A stretch of 64,000 nt of DNA, taken from an uncultured delta proteobacterium. Lineage in GTDB: Bacteria; Desulfobacterota; Binatia; Bin18. The stretch lies in assembly GCA_963733195.1 (NCBI GenBank), contig CAVTCR010000018.1, forward strand, positions 29,806-93,805. The letters run 5' to 3'. Shown here piece by piece: positions 52,600 through 64,000 of this stretch (position 1 is its first letter; each line of letters starts with the position of its first letter). The position numbers and the translations under genes were made by a program. The notes beneath the pieces were generated by a model. The model saw nothing but the letters and a program-made list of their open reading frames with translations. It was not told the origin of the DNA and searched no databases.

Positions 52600-53163
52600 A
52601 TGAAACAACTCAAGACCCTGGCGATGGCGAGTGTCGTTGGATTCTCGTTGGTCGGAGGCGTTCATCCGACAGAGGCGAGAACGATTCAGTACCATGAACG
52701 GAGTGTAGGCTCCTTTCACGACACGGCGATTGATACGAACGGCGATGCCGTGCCCGCTACTCTGTCATTACTGAATGGGAATACAAGTGTAGGTTGGATG
52801 AGAGGAGAGACACTAGGTGAGTTCCGACCGCTGGGACCACACGACACCCCCACCGGAGAGTGTACAGCAGGCAACTTTGAGTTTACCCTCGTGAATGGGG
52901 TCGGAATCAATCGTTTTCGCGATGGGAGCATCTTAGTACTGGCGCCGACGTTCTCCGTGCTGTGCATTGACCCAGCATCGGGAACCGGCATCTTCATCAA
53001 TCGAGGAGTATTTCAGAGCCGGGGCAGTACAAAAAGATTCGCGGGAGCCTCGGGCTCGTGGGAAACACGAGGAACGGTCATCGGCTTAGTTGTCGGATTG
53101 AACGGCGCGGCAGTGGCTGGCACGGTTAATTTTGAACTTAAGGGAACGCTTCTCGTTCCCTAA
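52600..53163 (+). CDS. Secreted beta-rich hypothetical protein
   Basis: AGGAGG RBS, signal peptide ending TEA, two Cys, and a GSTKRFAGASG motif that resembles dirigent/allene-oxide-cyclase-like barrels. Confidence 0.7.
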   Translation: MKQLKTLAMASVVGFSLVGGVHPTEARTIQYHERSVGSFHDTAIDTNGDAVPATLSLLNGNTSVGWMRGETLGEFRPLGPHDTPTGECTAGNFEFTLVNGVGINRFRDGSILVLAPTFSVLCIDPASGTGIFINRGVFQSRGSTKRFAGASGSWETRGTVIGLVVGLNGAAVAGTVNFELKGTLLVP

Positions 53164-53417
53164 CTTCGCCAAGCTGAGAGCGTCGCTGTTTCTCCCGTGC
53201 AATATATCGATGGCGGCCGGATCCGCCATCGCTGCTTACGTCGGTATTGCTGGCTGCATCACCAAGAGGGTGTTATGCACTTTTGCACTGTCTGAAATTT
53301 TTCTATGAAAACTGGGAGAGTCCTCCCTGGCCTGAGTCTACTCGCAAGCCGTGAAGGAAATTCCTCCACGGCCCTGTGAGATATTGGCCTCAGGCGTAAC
53401 AGCAGAGACCGTTTCTA

Positions 53418-53810
53418 CTAGCGGTAACGCAAATTGCGTTCGACTTTGTAACGCTTGTGATCGTATCGACGGTCGATCTGGGCGAGCCGCTCCCGATAGC
53501 GCGGATCGCGGCGATCGCCCTCGTAGCGGCGATAGGCTTTCGCGCGAGCTTCACGCTCCTGACGCGCGAGCCGATTCATCGCCTTGTTGTATTTCCATTG
53601 GTTTTCTCCATACCTCCGCGAGGAATTGTATCCTCGATATCGTTCCCAACCAGTGTAGCGGCCAGCGTATGGATGACGGTAAGGCTCAGACCAAGAGCGT
53701 CGATGCTCATGAGAGCGGTAACTATCATGGGCAATTGCAGGCGGTGTCATCCACAGCAACGAAGCTAGAGGAAGAGCAGCCGCGATACTAGTCTTCAGTG
53801 GTGTTCTCAT
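53418..53810 (-). CDS. Secreted Arg/Tyr-rich low-complexity protein
   Basis: AGGAGG RBS, signal peptide ending AIA, and an R/Y/E-rich mature region. Confidence 0.6.
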   Translation of the reverse strand: MRTPLKTSIAAALPLASLLWMTPPAIAHDSYRSHEHRRSWSEPYRHPYAGRYTGWERYRGYNSSRRYGENQWKYNKAMNRLARQEREARAKAYRRYEGDRRDPRYRERLAQIDRRYDHKRYKVERNLRYR

Positions 53811-53907
53811 AAACACCTCCTTTCGGGAGGAAGAACACGCAATGAAGATGCCAGTTGCGGCCTTGAAAATTTCTCCAAGTGTCGCGCACTTGGGGTTCAA
53901 CGTTGAG

Positions 53908-53955
53908 GGACTGAAAATCTTCGTGTCGACGGTTCAATTCTGCCTTGCCCACCTT
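53908..53955 (+). repeat. Degenerate tRNA-Phe 3' fragment (old attR)
   Basis: GGACTGAAAATCTTCGTGTCGACGGTTCAATTCTGCCTTGCCCACCTT has a few substitutions relative to the tRNA. Confidence 0.85.
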
Positions 53956-54085
53956 TCAGACTTACGATCGGATTTTTATCTCGGCAACTTCCCCACTAAG
54001 GTTGTCACGTCACTTGCGGGTTCTCTCTCTTCGCCTTGACAGCAGCTCGCAGACAGGTCTATGGAACCACTTAGGAGGGCAACTC

Positions 54086-55772
54086 ATGTACGATGTTCTC
54101 ATTAAGAATGGCACGGTGGTCGATGGTACAGGGGCTCCGCAGCGTCGCGTTGATGTTGCGATCACAGGAGGCAAGATTGCAGCTATTGGTAAGATTATCG
54201 ATGGAGCAAAACGTGTCATCGATGCGTCTGACCTGATCGTCGCGCCTGGGTTTATCGACCCCCACACCCACTATGATGCGCAAATCTGCTGGGACCGGCC
54301 TCTCTCCTCGGCTTCTTGGCATGGTGTGACCACGGTCGTGATGGGAAACTGTGGCGTTGGCATCGCTCCTTGCCGTCCTGAGGCACGAGAGATTGCAACC
54401 TGGGATTTAGTCAACGTCGAAGGAATTCCGTTTGACACGTTAGCAAAAGGGATCACCTGGGACTGGGAGAGCTTCCCTGAATACATGGCTGCCGCCCAAC
54501 AACGGGGGTTAGGAATCAATCTTGCCTTTTTGGCGCCCCTCACCCCTTTTCGCCATTATGTGATGGGCGAGGAGTCGATGGAACGTACAGCAACAGCGAG
54601 TGAGATTACACAAATTCAAACGTTGCTGCGCGAGACGATGGCGGCGGGTGCCTTCGGGTGGACCACAACCACCATCCTCCAGCATGTGGGGTACAAAGGT
54701 CGGCCATTGGCCTGTCGGCAGGCCAGTCATGATGAACTGAAAGCCTATGCCAATGTGCTTAAAGCGTTGGGCAAAGGAGTGATTGAAACCACTCTGACCA
54801 AATCAGCCGGAATGCTGACCGATGAAGAGTACGACCTCCTCGATCTCTTACTCACAGAAAGTGGGCGACCGGTCACGTGGCTGGCAGTGGTCGATCGCGA
54901 TGACAAACCTGAAGCTGCTCAGGAATCCCTAAGTAAAGCCGAGCCGCTGATCAAGCGCGGTGGCATTCCGCAAGTGAATTGCCTGCCGATGAGCAACGAA
55001 TTTAACCTGCACAATCCCTTCCTCTTTGGTAGCCATCCCTCATGGAAACCGGCCTTCAACCAACCCGCTGAAGAACAAATGAAGGTGTACCGTGATCCGG
55101 CATTCCGCCAAGCGTTTCGTAAAGAGCTGGAAAGCCCGCGCATCTTCTCCGGCAACTGGAACTTGGTGGAAGTGAAAGACGTCCACAATCCCACATTGAA
55201 ATCGCTGGAAGGGAAGACTGTAGTGGAGGTGGCCCGGCAGCGCGGCAAGGACCCGCTCGATACCTTCTTTGATATTGCCTTAGAAGACAACCTTCAGACT
55301 GAATTTCTCATCGCGTTGTTTAACGTTCAGCCCGAGCGAGTAGCGAAACTGATTACCGACCCCCGAGGGATGATTGGTCTTTCTGATGGTGGTGCGCACG
55401 TCGATATGCACGACAATGCAGGATACTGTACCTATCTGTTAGGTACGTGGGTACGCGATAAACAGATCATGACTTTGGAACGAGCGATTCAGCGGGTCAC
55501 CTCTGAACCCGCAGCGTTTTTTGGTATCTACCGATCGTGGGATGTTGGCGGTTGGCAAAGCAGCAGATGTGGTGATCTTTGACTACAACACGATTGGGCC
55601 GAAGATTAGCCCGATTCGCCATCAAGAATGGCAGAGTGACCTACCGGCCGGTGGTCGCCGATTAGTCTGGCCAGCTGATCGTGGCGTGCAGTACACGATC
55701 GTCAATGGAGCGGTGTTGTACGAACAGCAACGCCACACGGGAGCACTGCCAGGGCAAGTGTTGCGGTCGTAG
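54086..55772 (+). CDS. N-acyl-D-amino-acid deacylase-like amidohydrolase (frameshift near 55530)
   Basis: Motifs IKNGTVVDGTG, PGFIDPHTHYD, GVTTVVMGNCG, SDGGAH and G..ADVVIFD. Confidence 0.9.
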
Positions 55773-55885
55773 CGCCAACAGGACGGCGACCGACGGCTTC
55801 TTGTTATCTTGGTGTAACCTGGAGCCAGGCGAGCATGACGAAAGCACTCGCACGGTAGGGTTCAGGGATAACGAATCTACTGATC

Positions 55886-58800
55886 ATGAAGTTCTCGGCA
55901 ATAGTGGAACAGGTCCTCGCAATGCTGCAACGCCAGGGGCGGATTTCATATCGCGCCCTCAAGCGTGAGTTTGACCTTGACGACGCATATATCGAGGATC
56001 TGAAGGAAGAGATCATCAAAGCCAGACGGTTGGCGGTCGATGAGGACGGCGCGGTTCTGGTATGGGTCGGCAACAGCAGTCCAGAGTCTAGAGTCCAGAG
56101 TCTGGAGTCAGAGGAACCAGGGCGAACATCCATCGTTCAGACGTCTAGATCCTTCAGACGCCAGCACCCTAGACGCGCCGCCGAGAGGGACGCCGGCAGT
56201 TAACCGTGATGTTCTGTGACCTCGTGGGCTCGACCGCGCTCTCGACGCAACTTGATCCCGGAAGAGCTACGCGAGGTGGTACAGCGCGTATCAAGAGACC
56301 TGCACAGAGGTGATCCGGCGGTACGACGGGTACGTTGCCCAACACTTGGGCGATGGGCTGTTGGTGTACTTCGGCTATCCGCTGGCGCACGAAGATGATG
56401 CCGCACGGGCCGTACGGACGGGGTTGGAGATCATTCGAGGCAATTCAAGAGGCTGTCCTTCCAGGAACGATGACAGTTACCCCATCCCTTGCAGGTCCGT
56501 ATCGGCATTCACACGGGTTTAGTGGTGGTTGGCGAGATCGGCAGTAGCGAGAAGCGCGAGATCTCTGGCGTTGGGCGAGACGCCCAACATTGCTGCTCGG
56601 GTGCCAGGGAACGCCAAGCCCGACAGGTGGTCATCAGCGCGGCGACCTATCGGCTGGTGGATGGCTTATTTGAGAGCTGAGGAACGTGGGCACCCCAGAC
56701 GCTAAAAGGCTCTCCACGCCTCTCTCGCTGTATCGAGTCATCAGCGAGAGCGAGGCGCAGAGCCGCTTTGAGGTGGGCGATGCGAAAAGGCTTGACGCCG
56801 CTAATCGGGCGAGATCGAAGAACTTGGCTTGTTGCGGCAGCGCTGGGAGCGGGCCAAAGAAGGCACGGCCAGGTGGTGTTCCTCAGCGGTGAGCCGGGGA
56901 TTGGCAAATCGCGGTTGGTACAGGCGTTCAAAGAGCAGCTGGGGCACGAAGGAGCGACCCGCATTGAGTTTCGCTGCTCGCCCTATCATCAGAACAGTGC
57001 CCTCTATCCGATCATCGAGCACCTGCAACGCCTGTTGCAGTTTACACGAGAGGATTTACCTGCTGTCAAACTTGAGAAACTCCAGCAGACGCTGAGCCAC
57101 TATCGCTTTCCTCAAGCGGACACGGTGCCCTTCTTGGCTGCGTTGTTGTCGTTACCATATCCCGAAGACTCTCCACCGATTACTGTGAGTCCGCAGAAGC
57201 AGAAAGAGAAGACCCAGGCCGCCTTAGTGGCGTGGCTCATCGAGGAAGCAGAACAGAAGACCGTCTACACCTCTGGGAAGACGTGCACTGGGCCGATCCC
57301 TCGACGTTAGAGGTGCTCACACTCTTGCTTGACCAAGTGCCTACGACACGACTGTTGGTGCTGCTGACGTTTCGCCCGGAATTCATACCACCCTGGAGCA
57401 ACCACTCCTACCTCAGTCAACTGTCACTGAACCGCTTAGAACGCAGTCAGGTCGAGGCGATGGTCGCGAAAGTCACGGGCGGCAAAGCTTTGCCTCCTGA
57501 GATAGTGCAACAAATCGTGACCAAGACCGATGGCGTGCCGTTGTTTGTCGAAGAATTGACGAAGAGCGTGGTGGAATCCGTAGGGGCGACGCATGGCGTC
57601 GCCCCTACAACTGGCAATTCCGGCGACGTTACAAGATTCGCTCATGGCCCGCTTGGATCGACTGGGAGCCGCCAAAGAGATTGCCCAGGTGGGCGCTACG
57701 ATCGGACGTGAATTTAACTACGACTTGCTCCAGGCCGTCTCGTCACTGAACGAAGAAGCATTACAGCAGGGACTGAAGCAATTGGTGGAAGCGGAGCTGG
57801 TGTATCAGCGCGGGTTGGTGCCCCAGGCCCACTATCTCTTCAAGCATGCGCTGATTCAGGACACGGCCTATCAATCCTTACTCAAGAGCACGCGCCAGCA
57901 GCTCCACCAGCAAATCGCTCAGGTGTTAGAAGAGCAATTCCCTGACACAAAAGAGAATCAGCCCGAACTCCTCGCCCACCACTACACCGAGGCGGGGCTC
58001 ATTGAGCAGGCCATTCCGTACTGGCAGCAGGCCGGACAGAGAGCGCATCAGCGCTCAGCCAATATTGAAGCGGTCAGCCATTTCACTAAAGGCTTGACGC
58101 TGCTCAAAATGCAACCGGACACCCCCGAACGCACCCAACAAGAACTGACGCTCCAAATTGGCCTGGGGCGTTCGCTGCTGATGACCAAGGGCCCTGGGGC
58201 GGTTGAGGTAGGAGAGACATACGCCCGAGCGCGCGAGTTGTGTCAGCAGGTGGCGGAAACTCCGCAACTCTTCCCTGTGTTGTGGGGACTGCGTGCATTC
58301 TATTCATTGCGAGGCGAGCACCAGACGGCCAGGGAGCTGGGGGAGCAGGTTTTGCACCTGGCCCAGAGCGCCCGGGATCCGGCTCTCCTCCTAGAGGCCC
58401 ACTACGCATTAGGGGTGCCCTTGTTCGTGCTGGGTGAGTTTGCCCTCGCCCGAAAGCACTTTGAGCAGGGCGTTGCCCTTTACGACCCTCAGCAGCATCA
58501 GTCTCATGCTCTCCTCTATGCACAAGACCCCGGAGTCGGATGCCTCACCCATGGGTCGAGGGTCCTCTGGGTGCTTGGCTATCCGGACCAGGCCCTAAAG
58601 GAAAGCCGCGACGCGCTGATCCTCGCACAGGAGCGTGCTCACCCCTACAGCTTGGCTTTTGCTCTCAGCTTTGCTGCACTGCTTCATCAAGAGCGCCGCG
58701 AGGAGGACACGGCCCGAGAGCGGGCCGAGGCGGCGATAGCGCTCGCTAGCGAACAGGGGTTTCCATTCTTGCTGGCAGTTGGGACGCTGGTGCGAGGTTG

Positions 58801-59300
58801 GGCGCTGGTGGAACAAGGCCAGGTGCAAGAGGGCATTGCCCAGATGCACCAAAACCGGGGTCCATTTGGTCTTTCCCTGCTGGCCGAGGCGTATGGAAAG
58901 GTGGGACAGGTAGAGGAAGGGTTGACTTTGTTGGCCCAGGTGTTGGCTGCAGTGGACAGAGTTAGGGGGCGTGAGGATGAGGCGGAACTGTATCGGCTGA
59001 AAGGGGAGCTGACGCTCATCAGTCGCCAAGGTCTCAAGGTCCAAGGTCCCAAAGTCGCCAAAGCGAAGCTGAAGAGTGTTTTCACAAAGCCATCGAGATT
59101 GCTCGTCAGCAGCAAGCAAAGTCGCTGGAGCTGCGGGCGGTGATGAGCTTGAGCGCGTCTGTGGCAACAACAAGGCAAGACAGACCGAAGCTCACGCAGC
59201 TGTTATCTGAGATTTACGCTGGTTCACCGAAGGGTTTGACACCAAGGACTTGCAAGAGGCGAAAGCGCTGTTGGAACAGCTGGCAGAGGCAGCCCGATGA
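55886..59300 (+). CDS. Class III cyclase + AAA ATPase + TPR protein, paralogue 1 (many frameshifts)
   Basis: Motifs [54 protein letters not shown] and FKHALIQD, plus TPRs. Confidence 0.85.
56078..56177 (+). repeat. Heptamer arrays inside the cyclase-STAND N-terminal linker
   Basis: AGTCCAG-AGTCTAG-AGTCCAG-AGTCTGG followed by degenerate inverted YAGAC units. Confidence 0.75.
57580..57608. repeat. GTAG-type REP-like palindrome within coding sequence
   Basis: GTAGGGGCGACGCATGGCGTCGCCCCTAC. Confidence 0.75.
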
Positions 59301-62300
59301 CGCTGATCAAGATCCTGGATCAGGTACGGGTGCTACTGCAAACAAAAGGGCGTGTCACTTATCGCCTGCTCCAAGTGCAGTTTCAGCTGTCCGATGATGC
59401 TCTTGCCGCCCTCAAGGAAGAGCTCATCGAAAGCGAACAAGTCGCCATCGATGAAGACGGGAAAGTACTGGTATGGATCGGTACGACGGCGGGAGTACGA
59501 TCCGCGGTTCAAAGTACTCACTTCCCTCAGTCTTCAGTCCCTCGTCCTCCCGAGGCAGAACGGCGCCAGTTGACGGTGCAGTTCATTGACCTGGTGGGGT
59601 CCACGACACTCTCGCAACAGCTCGATCCCGAAGACTATCATGCCCGCGTGCGTGGCCTATCAGACCGCCTGTCAGAAGGTCATTGCGCGCTATGAGGGCA
59701 TATCGCGCAATATCTGGGGGATGGCGTGCTGGTGTACTTTGGCTATCCGGTGGCGCATGAAGACGATGCGGTGCGGGCCGTGCGCGGCGGGATTAGAGAT
59801 CGTAGTGGCAGTCAGCCAGTTCGCTGTTTACGCCACCGTTACAGGTGCGCATTGGCATTCACACCGGGCCGGTGGTCGTGGGCGAGATCGGCGCAGGCGG
59901 AGCGCACGGAACGGCTGGCGTTGGGCGAGACGCCCAACATTGCTGCTCGGGTCCAGGGGGTAGCGGAGCCTGACACAGTGGTCATGAGTGCGGCGACGCA
60001 TCGTCTGGTGCAGGGCTTATTCGAGTGTCAGGACTTGGGACCCCAGACACTCAAAGGCATCTCTGCTCCAATGTCGGTGTATCGTGTCATCGGAGAGAGC
60101 GGCGCGCAGAGCCGCTTTGAGGTGGCCGTTGGTACAGGCTTAACGCCATTGGTCGGACGGAACGAAGAACTGGGCTTATTGCAGCGGCGCTGGACACAGG
60201 CCAAAGACGGGGCAGGCCAAGTCGTGTTGCTCAGTGGGGAGGCCGGGCATCGGCAAATCGCGTTTGGTGCAAGCACTCAAAGAGCAGGTACTGGCACGAG
60301 GGTGCCACGCGCATTGAGTTTCGCTGTTCGCCCTATCACCAGAACAGTGCCTTGTATCCTATCATCGATCATCTCCACCGCTTGTTGCAGTTTCAGCGCG
60401 AAGAGACACCGCAAATCAAGCTCAACAAACTCCAGCAGACGCTTGCTACCTATCGTTTCCCCCAAGCCGAGACCCTGCCATTATTAGCAGCTTTGCTTTC
60501 CTTACCCCAGCCTGAGGGTATTCCCCCTCTGACGCTGAGTCCGCAGAAGCAGAAGCAGAAGACGCAAGAAGCGTTGGTGGCGTGGATCATGGAAGAAGCG
60601 CAGAAGGCAGCGGTGTACTGCGCCTGGGAAGATCTGCACTGGGCCGATCCTTCCACACTAGAAGTGCTGACGCTATTTCTGGAACAAATTCCAACCGCAC
60701 GAGTGTTCTCGATATTAACCTTTCGGCCTGAGTTTACGCCGCCGTGGAGTCCACGGTCCTATTTCACCCAGCTCACACTCAATCGCTTGGGACGACCACA
60801 TGTCGAGGCCATGGTTGAGAAAGTCACCGGCGGAAAGGCTCTGCCAACAGAGATATTACAACAGATTGTGAGCTAAGACCGACGGAGTGCCCTTGTTTGT
60901 GGAAGAGCTGACCAAGATGGTCGTGGAGTCGGACTTAGTCACGAGAAGTAGACGGCCACTATGAGCTGAGCGGTGCGCCTACCGCCGCTGGCGATTCCCT
61001 CCACCTTACAAGACTCCCTCATGGCGCGCCTGGATCGCTTGGCCACTGTGCAGAGAGATCGCCCAAATCGGAGCTACGATCGGACGCGAATTTAACTATG
61101 CCTTACTCCAGGCCGTCTCACCGATCGACGAGGACATATTACAACAGGGACTGCGGCAGTTAGTCGAAGCCGAGCTGGTCTATCAGAGTGGCTCCCACCG
61201 CAGGCGCAGCTATCTCTTCAAGCATGCGCTGATTCAGGACACGGCCTATCAGTCGTTACTCAAGAGCCGCCGCCAGCAGTAGCATCAGCAGGTCGCCCAA
61301 GTGTTGGAAGAGCGGTTTCCCGAGACCAGCGAGATCCAACCGGAGTTACTAGCCCATCACTACACCGAGGCAGGACTCATCGCGCAGGCCATTCCCTATT
61401 GGCAGAAGGCAGGCAGAGAGCCACCCAGCGCTCGGCCAATGTGGAAGCGATAGCCACCTCACGAGGGGGCTGGAGTTACTCAAGACCCTGCCGGATACTC
61501 CTGAGCGCATCCAGCAAGAACTCACCCTACAACTTGCCCTGGGTCCTGCTCTGATTACCACCAAGGGCAATGCGGCCCCAGAAGTGGAGAAACTACGACT
61601 CGGGCGCGGGAGCTATGCCAGCAGGTGGGAGAACTCCTCAGCTCTTCCCCGTGCTGTGGGACTGCTCTGAGTTTTATCTAATCCGAGGGGAGCTACAGAC
61701 GGCCCGTGAGCTGGCGGAACAGTGCTGCCTCTAGCCCAAAGCATCCAAGACCCGTATCTTGCTGTTGCTGGCCCACTTGGGTACTGGGATAACATTGTGC
61801 TATCTTGGAGAGTTTCCCCGGCCCCGACAGCACTTGGAGCAGGCGATTGCGCTCTATGACCCTCAGCAGCACCCTCATCAGCACACTACGTCTGATGCGG
61901 CTACCGCATTCCGAGGCCCCTGGATTATGGCTATACCTGCCGATTGCCTGCCTATGAGCTGGACCCTGTGGTTTCTTGGCTATCCTGATCAGGCCCTGAA
62001 GAGGAGCCACGAGGCACTCACCTTGGCTCAAGGGCTGTCTCACCCCTATAGTCTAGCCTAGGCCCTTAAGCTTGCTGCCATAGTTCCATCGTCTCCGCCG
62101 AGAGGGGCAGGTAGCCCAAGAGCTGGCAGAGGCGGTGATTGAACTCGCTACCGAGCAGGGATTTCCGTACTGGATAGCGGTAGGGAACTCTTTTCCGGGG
62201 CTGGGCGCTAGCTGAGCAGGGCAGGGAGAAGAAGGGCTTGCACAGATGCGCCAGGGATTGGCGGCCTACCGGGCTACGGGAGCAGAGTTGGACAGCCGTA

Positions 62301-62758
62301 TTGTCTTGCTCTGCTGGCTGAGGCGTATGGGAAATGGGACAGGTAGAAGAAGGGCGACCGTGCTAGCCGAGGCCCTAGCTTTCGTGGACGACACTGGGGA
62401 GCGTTACTACGAGGCGGAGCTGTATCGGCTCAAAGGCGAACTTACGCTGCAAAAGTTACCAGGTGTCAGTAGTTCAGATTGTCAAGTTACCGAGCCCCAG
62501 ACCCTAACCCCCAGACCACCAAGGGGAAGCCGAAGAGTGTTTTCTCAAAGCCATCGAGATTGCCCAGCAGACAGCAGGCGAAGTCGCTGGAACTGCGTGC
62601 GGCAATGAGCTTGAGCCGCTGTGGCAGCGCAAGGCAAGAGAGCTGAAGCTCACCAGATGTTATCTGAGGTCTACAACTGGTTCACCGAAGGATTCGACAC
62701 CAAAGATTTACAAGAGGCAAAGGCGCTGTTGGACGCATTGGCGGAGGGGGCCGGATGA
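59297..62758 (+). CDS. Class III cyclase + AAA ATPase + TPR protein, paralogue 2 (many frameshifts and apparent stops; possibly a pseudogene)
   Basis: Motifs [40 protein letters not shown] and WFTEGFDT, plus TPRs; ATGA coupling at both ends. Confidence 0.8.
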
Positions 62759-64000
62759 AATTCTCCGTGGTCGTCGACCAAGTCGCCACCCTCCTCCAAC
62801 AGCCGCGGCGGTTGACCTATCGCGCGCTGAAGGTGCAGTTCGGGCTCGATGAGGAGCGCTAGAGGCACCCAAAGAGGAACTCATCGACGTGCAACAGGTC
62901 GCGCCGATGAAGACGGCAAAGTGCTGGTCTGGACAGGGGCAAGGGTTGTCCCTGCACCGAGCGAAGCAGCACGTCTTCGCCGCCATCGCCTCCTCCCGCG
63001 AGTTATACCCCTGTTCATTTGGCCGAGCGCATCCGTGCAGAACAAGCAGCGATGGAAGCCCGCGGCGCCACGAATGGCGAGCGCAAAATCATTACCGCTC
63101 TGTTTGCCGACCTCAAAGGCTCAACCGCGTTAATTGAAGATCTCGATCCCGAAGAGACCCGGCGCAATCATTGATCCCGCGCTACAGCTCATGATGGACG
63201 CCGTACATCGCTACGAAGGCTATGTCGCTCAAGCCCTAGGCGACGGATCTTCGCCCTTTCGGGGCACCGCATCGCCCATGAAGATCATCCTCAACGAGCG
63301 CTCTATGCCGCCTTACGGATGCAAGAGGAGATGCGCCGCTATGGCGATACGCTGCGGCCAAAGGGCTATCCTCCGCTGTTGATGCGCGTCGGAGTGAACA
63401 CGGGCGAAGTCGTGGTGCGTTCGATTCGTAAAGACGATCTCCATGCCGATTATGTACCGTGGGTCATTCCACCAATCTCGCGGCGCGCATGGAAAACCTG
63501 GCGGCCCCAGGATCGATTGTCGTCTGTACCTAGACTCACAAGCTGACCGAGGGTTACTTCGAATTCAAAGCGCTAGGGGGAGACCAGATCAAAGATATCG
63601 CCGAGCCGCTGAACATCTACGAAGTGCTAGGGGCGGGACCGCTACGCACCCGGATGCAGGTGACCGCCGCCCAGCGGGGACTGGCGCGGTTTGTCGGACG
63701 GCAAAGTGAGATGGAGCAACTGCAGAGAGCCTTAACGCAAGCGAAAGCCGAGGCACGGACAGATTGTCGGAGTAATAGGCGAGCCGGGGCTAGGCAAGTC
63801 CCGTCTGTTCCATGAATTCAAGTTGCTCGCGTCAGTGGCTGTCTGGTGCTGGAAGCTTTCTCTGTTTCCCACGACAAAGCGTATCCATATTTGCCGGTAA
63901 TTGAACTGTTCAAGAGTTACTTCCAGACTCGGCTGCACGATGATGAGCGTCACCCGGCGGGAGAAAGTCATTGGTCGTGTACTAGAACTCGATCGCAGTT
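62755..64000 (+). CDS. Class III cyclase + AAA ATPase protein, paralogue 3 (frameshifted, runs off the window)
   Basis: [11 protein letters not shown]-domain, GERKIITALFADLKGST, AQALGDG, RVGVNTGEVV, FVGR..E and GEPGLGKS. Confidence 0.8.

Noticed and set aside
55886-64000. Diversity-generating retroelement acting on the repeated STAND genes
   Set aside because: No reverse transcriptase, and no template/variable repeat pair with adenine-specific differences was seen; the similarity is ordinary paralogy.

Overview
A 64 kb bacterial chromosomal window; gene content resembles Deltaproteobacteria-like/Binatota genomes, but this is inference only. Scattered single-base frameshifts look largely like long-read assembly error. 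From left to right it holds: (1) a signalling operon in which an MMPL/RND 12-TM transporter-fold protein is fused directly to a histidine kinase, followed by a single-domain receiver and a receiver-class III cyclase with a guanylate-cyclase-type specificity residue, the best candidate for an undescribed system; (2) small enzymes and catabolic genes; (3) an ISL3 element and an integron-integrase relic; (4) a homogentisate-prenyltransferase-like gene and an NNMT/PNMT-family methyltransferase flanking a wHTH-AAA-TPR (STAND) regulator; (5) a TonB receptor/substrate-binding protein/hybrid kinase operon; (6) tRNA-Leu and a housekeeping block (M16 peptidase, prmA, rsmE, gshB); (7) a tRNA-Phe integration hotspot with four full or partial tRNA copies, including islands that appear to duplicate the 5' half of the tRNA, and carrying three IS elements, a Schlafen/AlbA_2 gene and an HNH toxin-antitoxin-like cassette, with a PD-(D/E)XK nuclease just upstream; (8) an amidohydrolase and three tandem, translationally coupled cyclase-AAA-TPR paralogues. 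Heptamer tandem-repeat hairpins and REP-like palindromes recur between genes and in-frame inside genes. All calls come from reading motifs by eye; no database searches were run.
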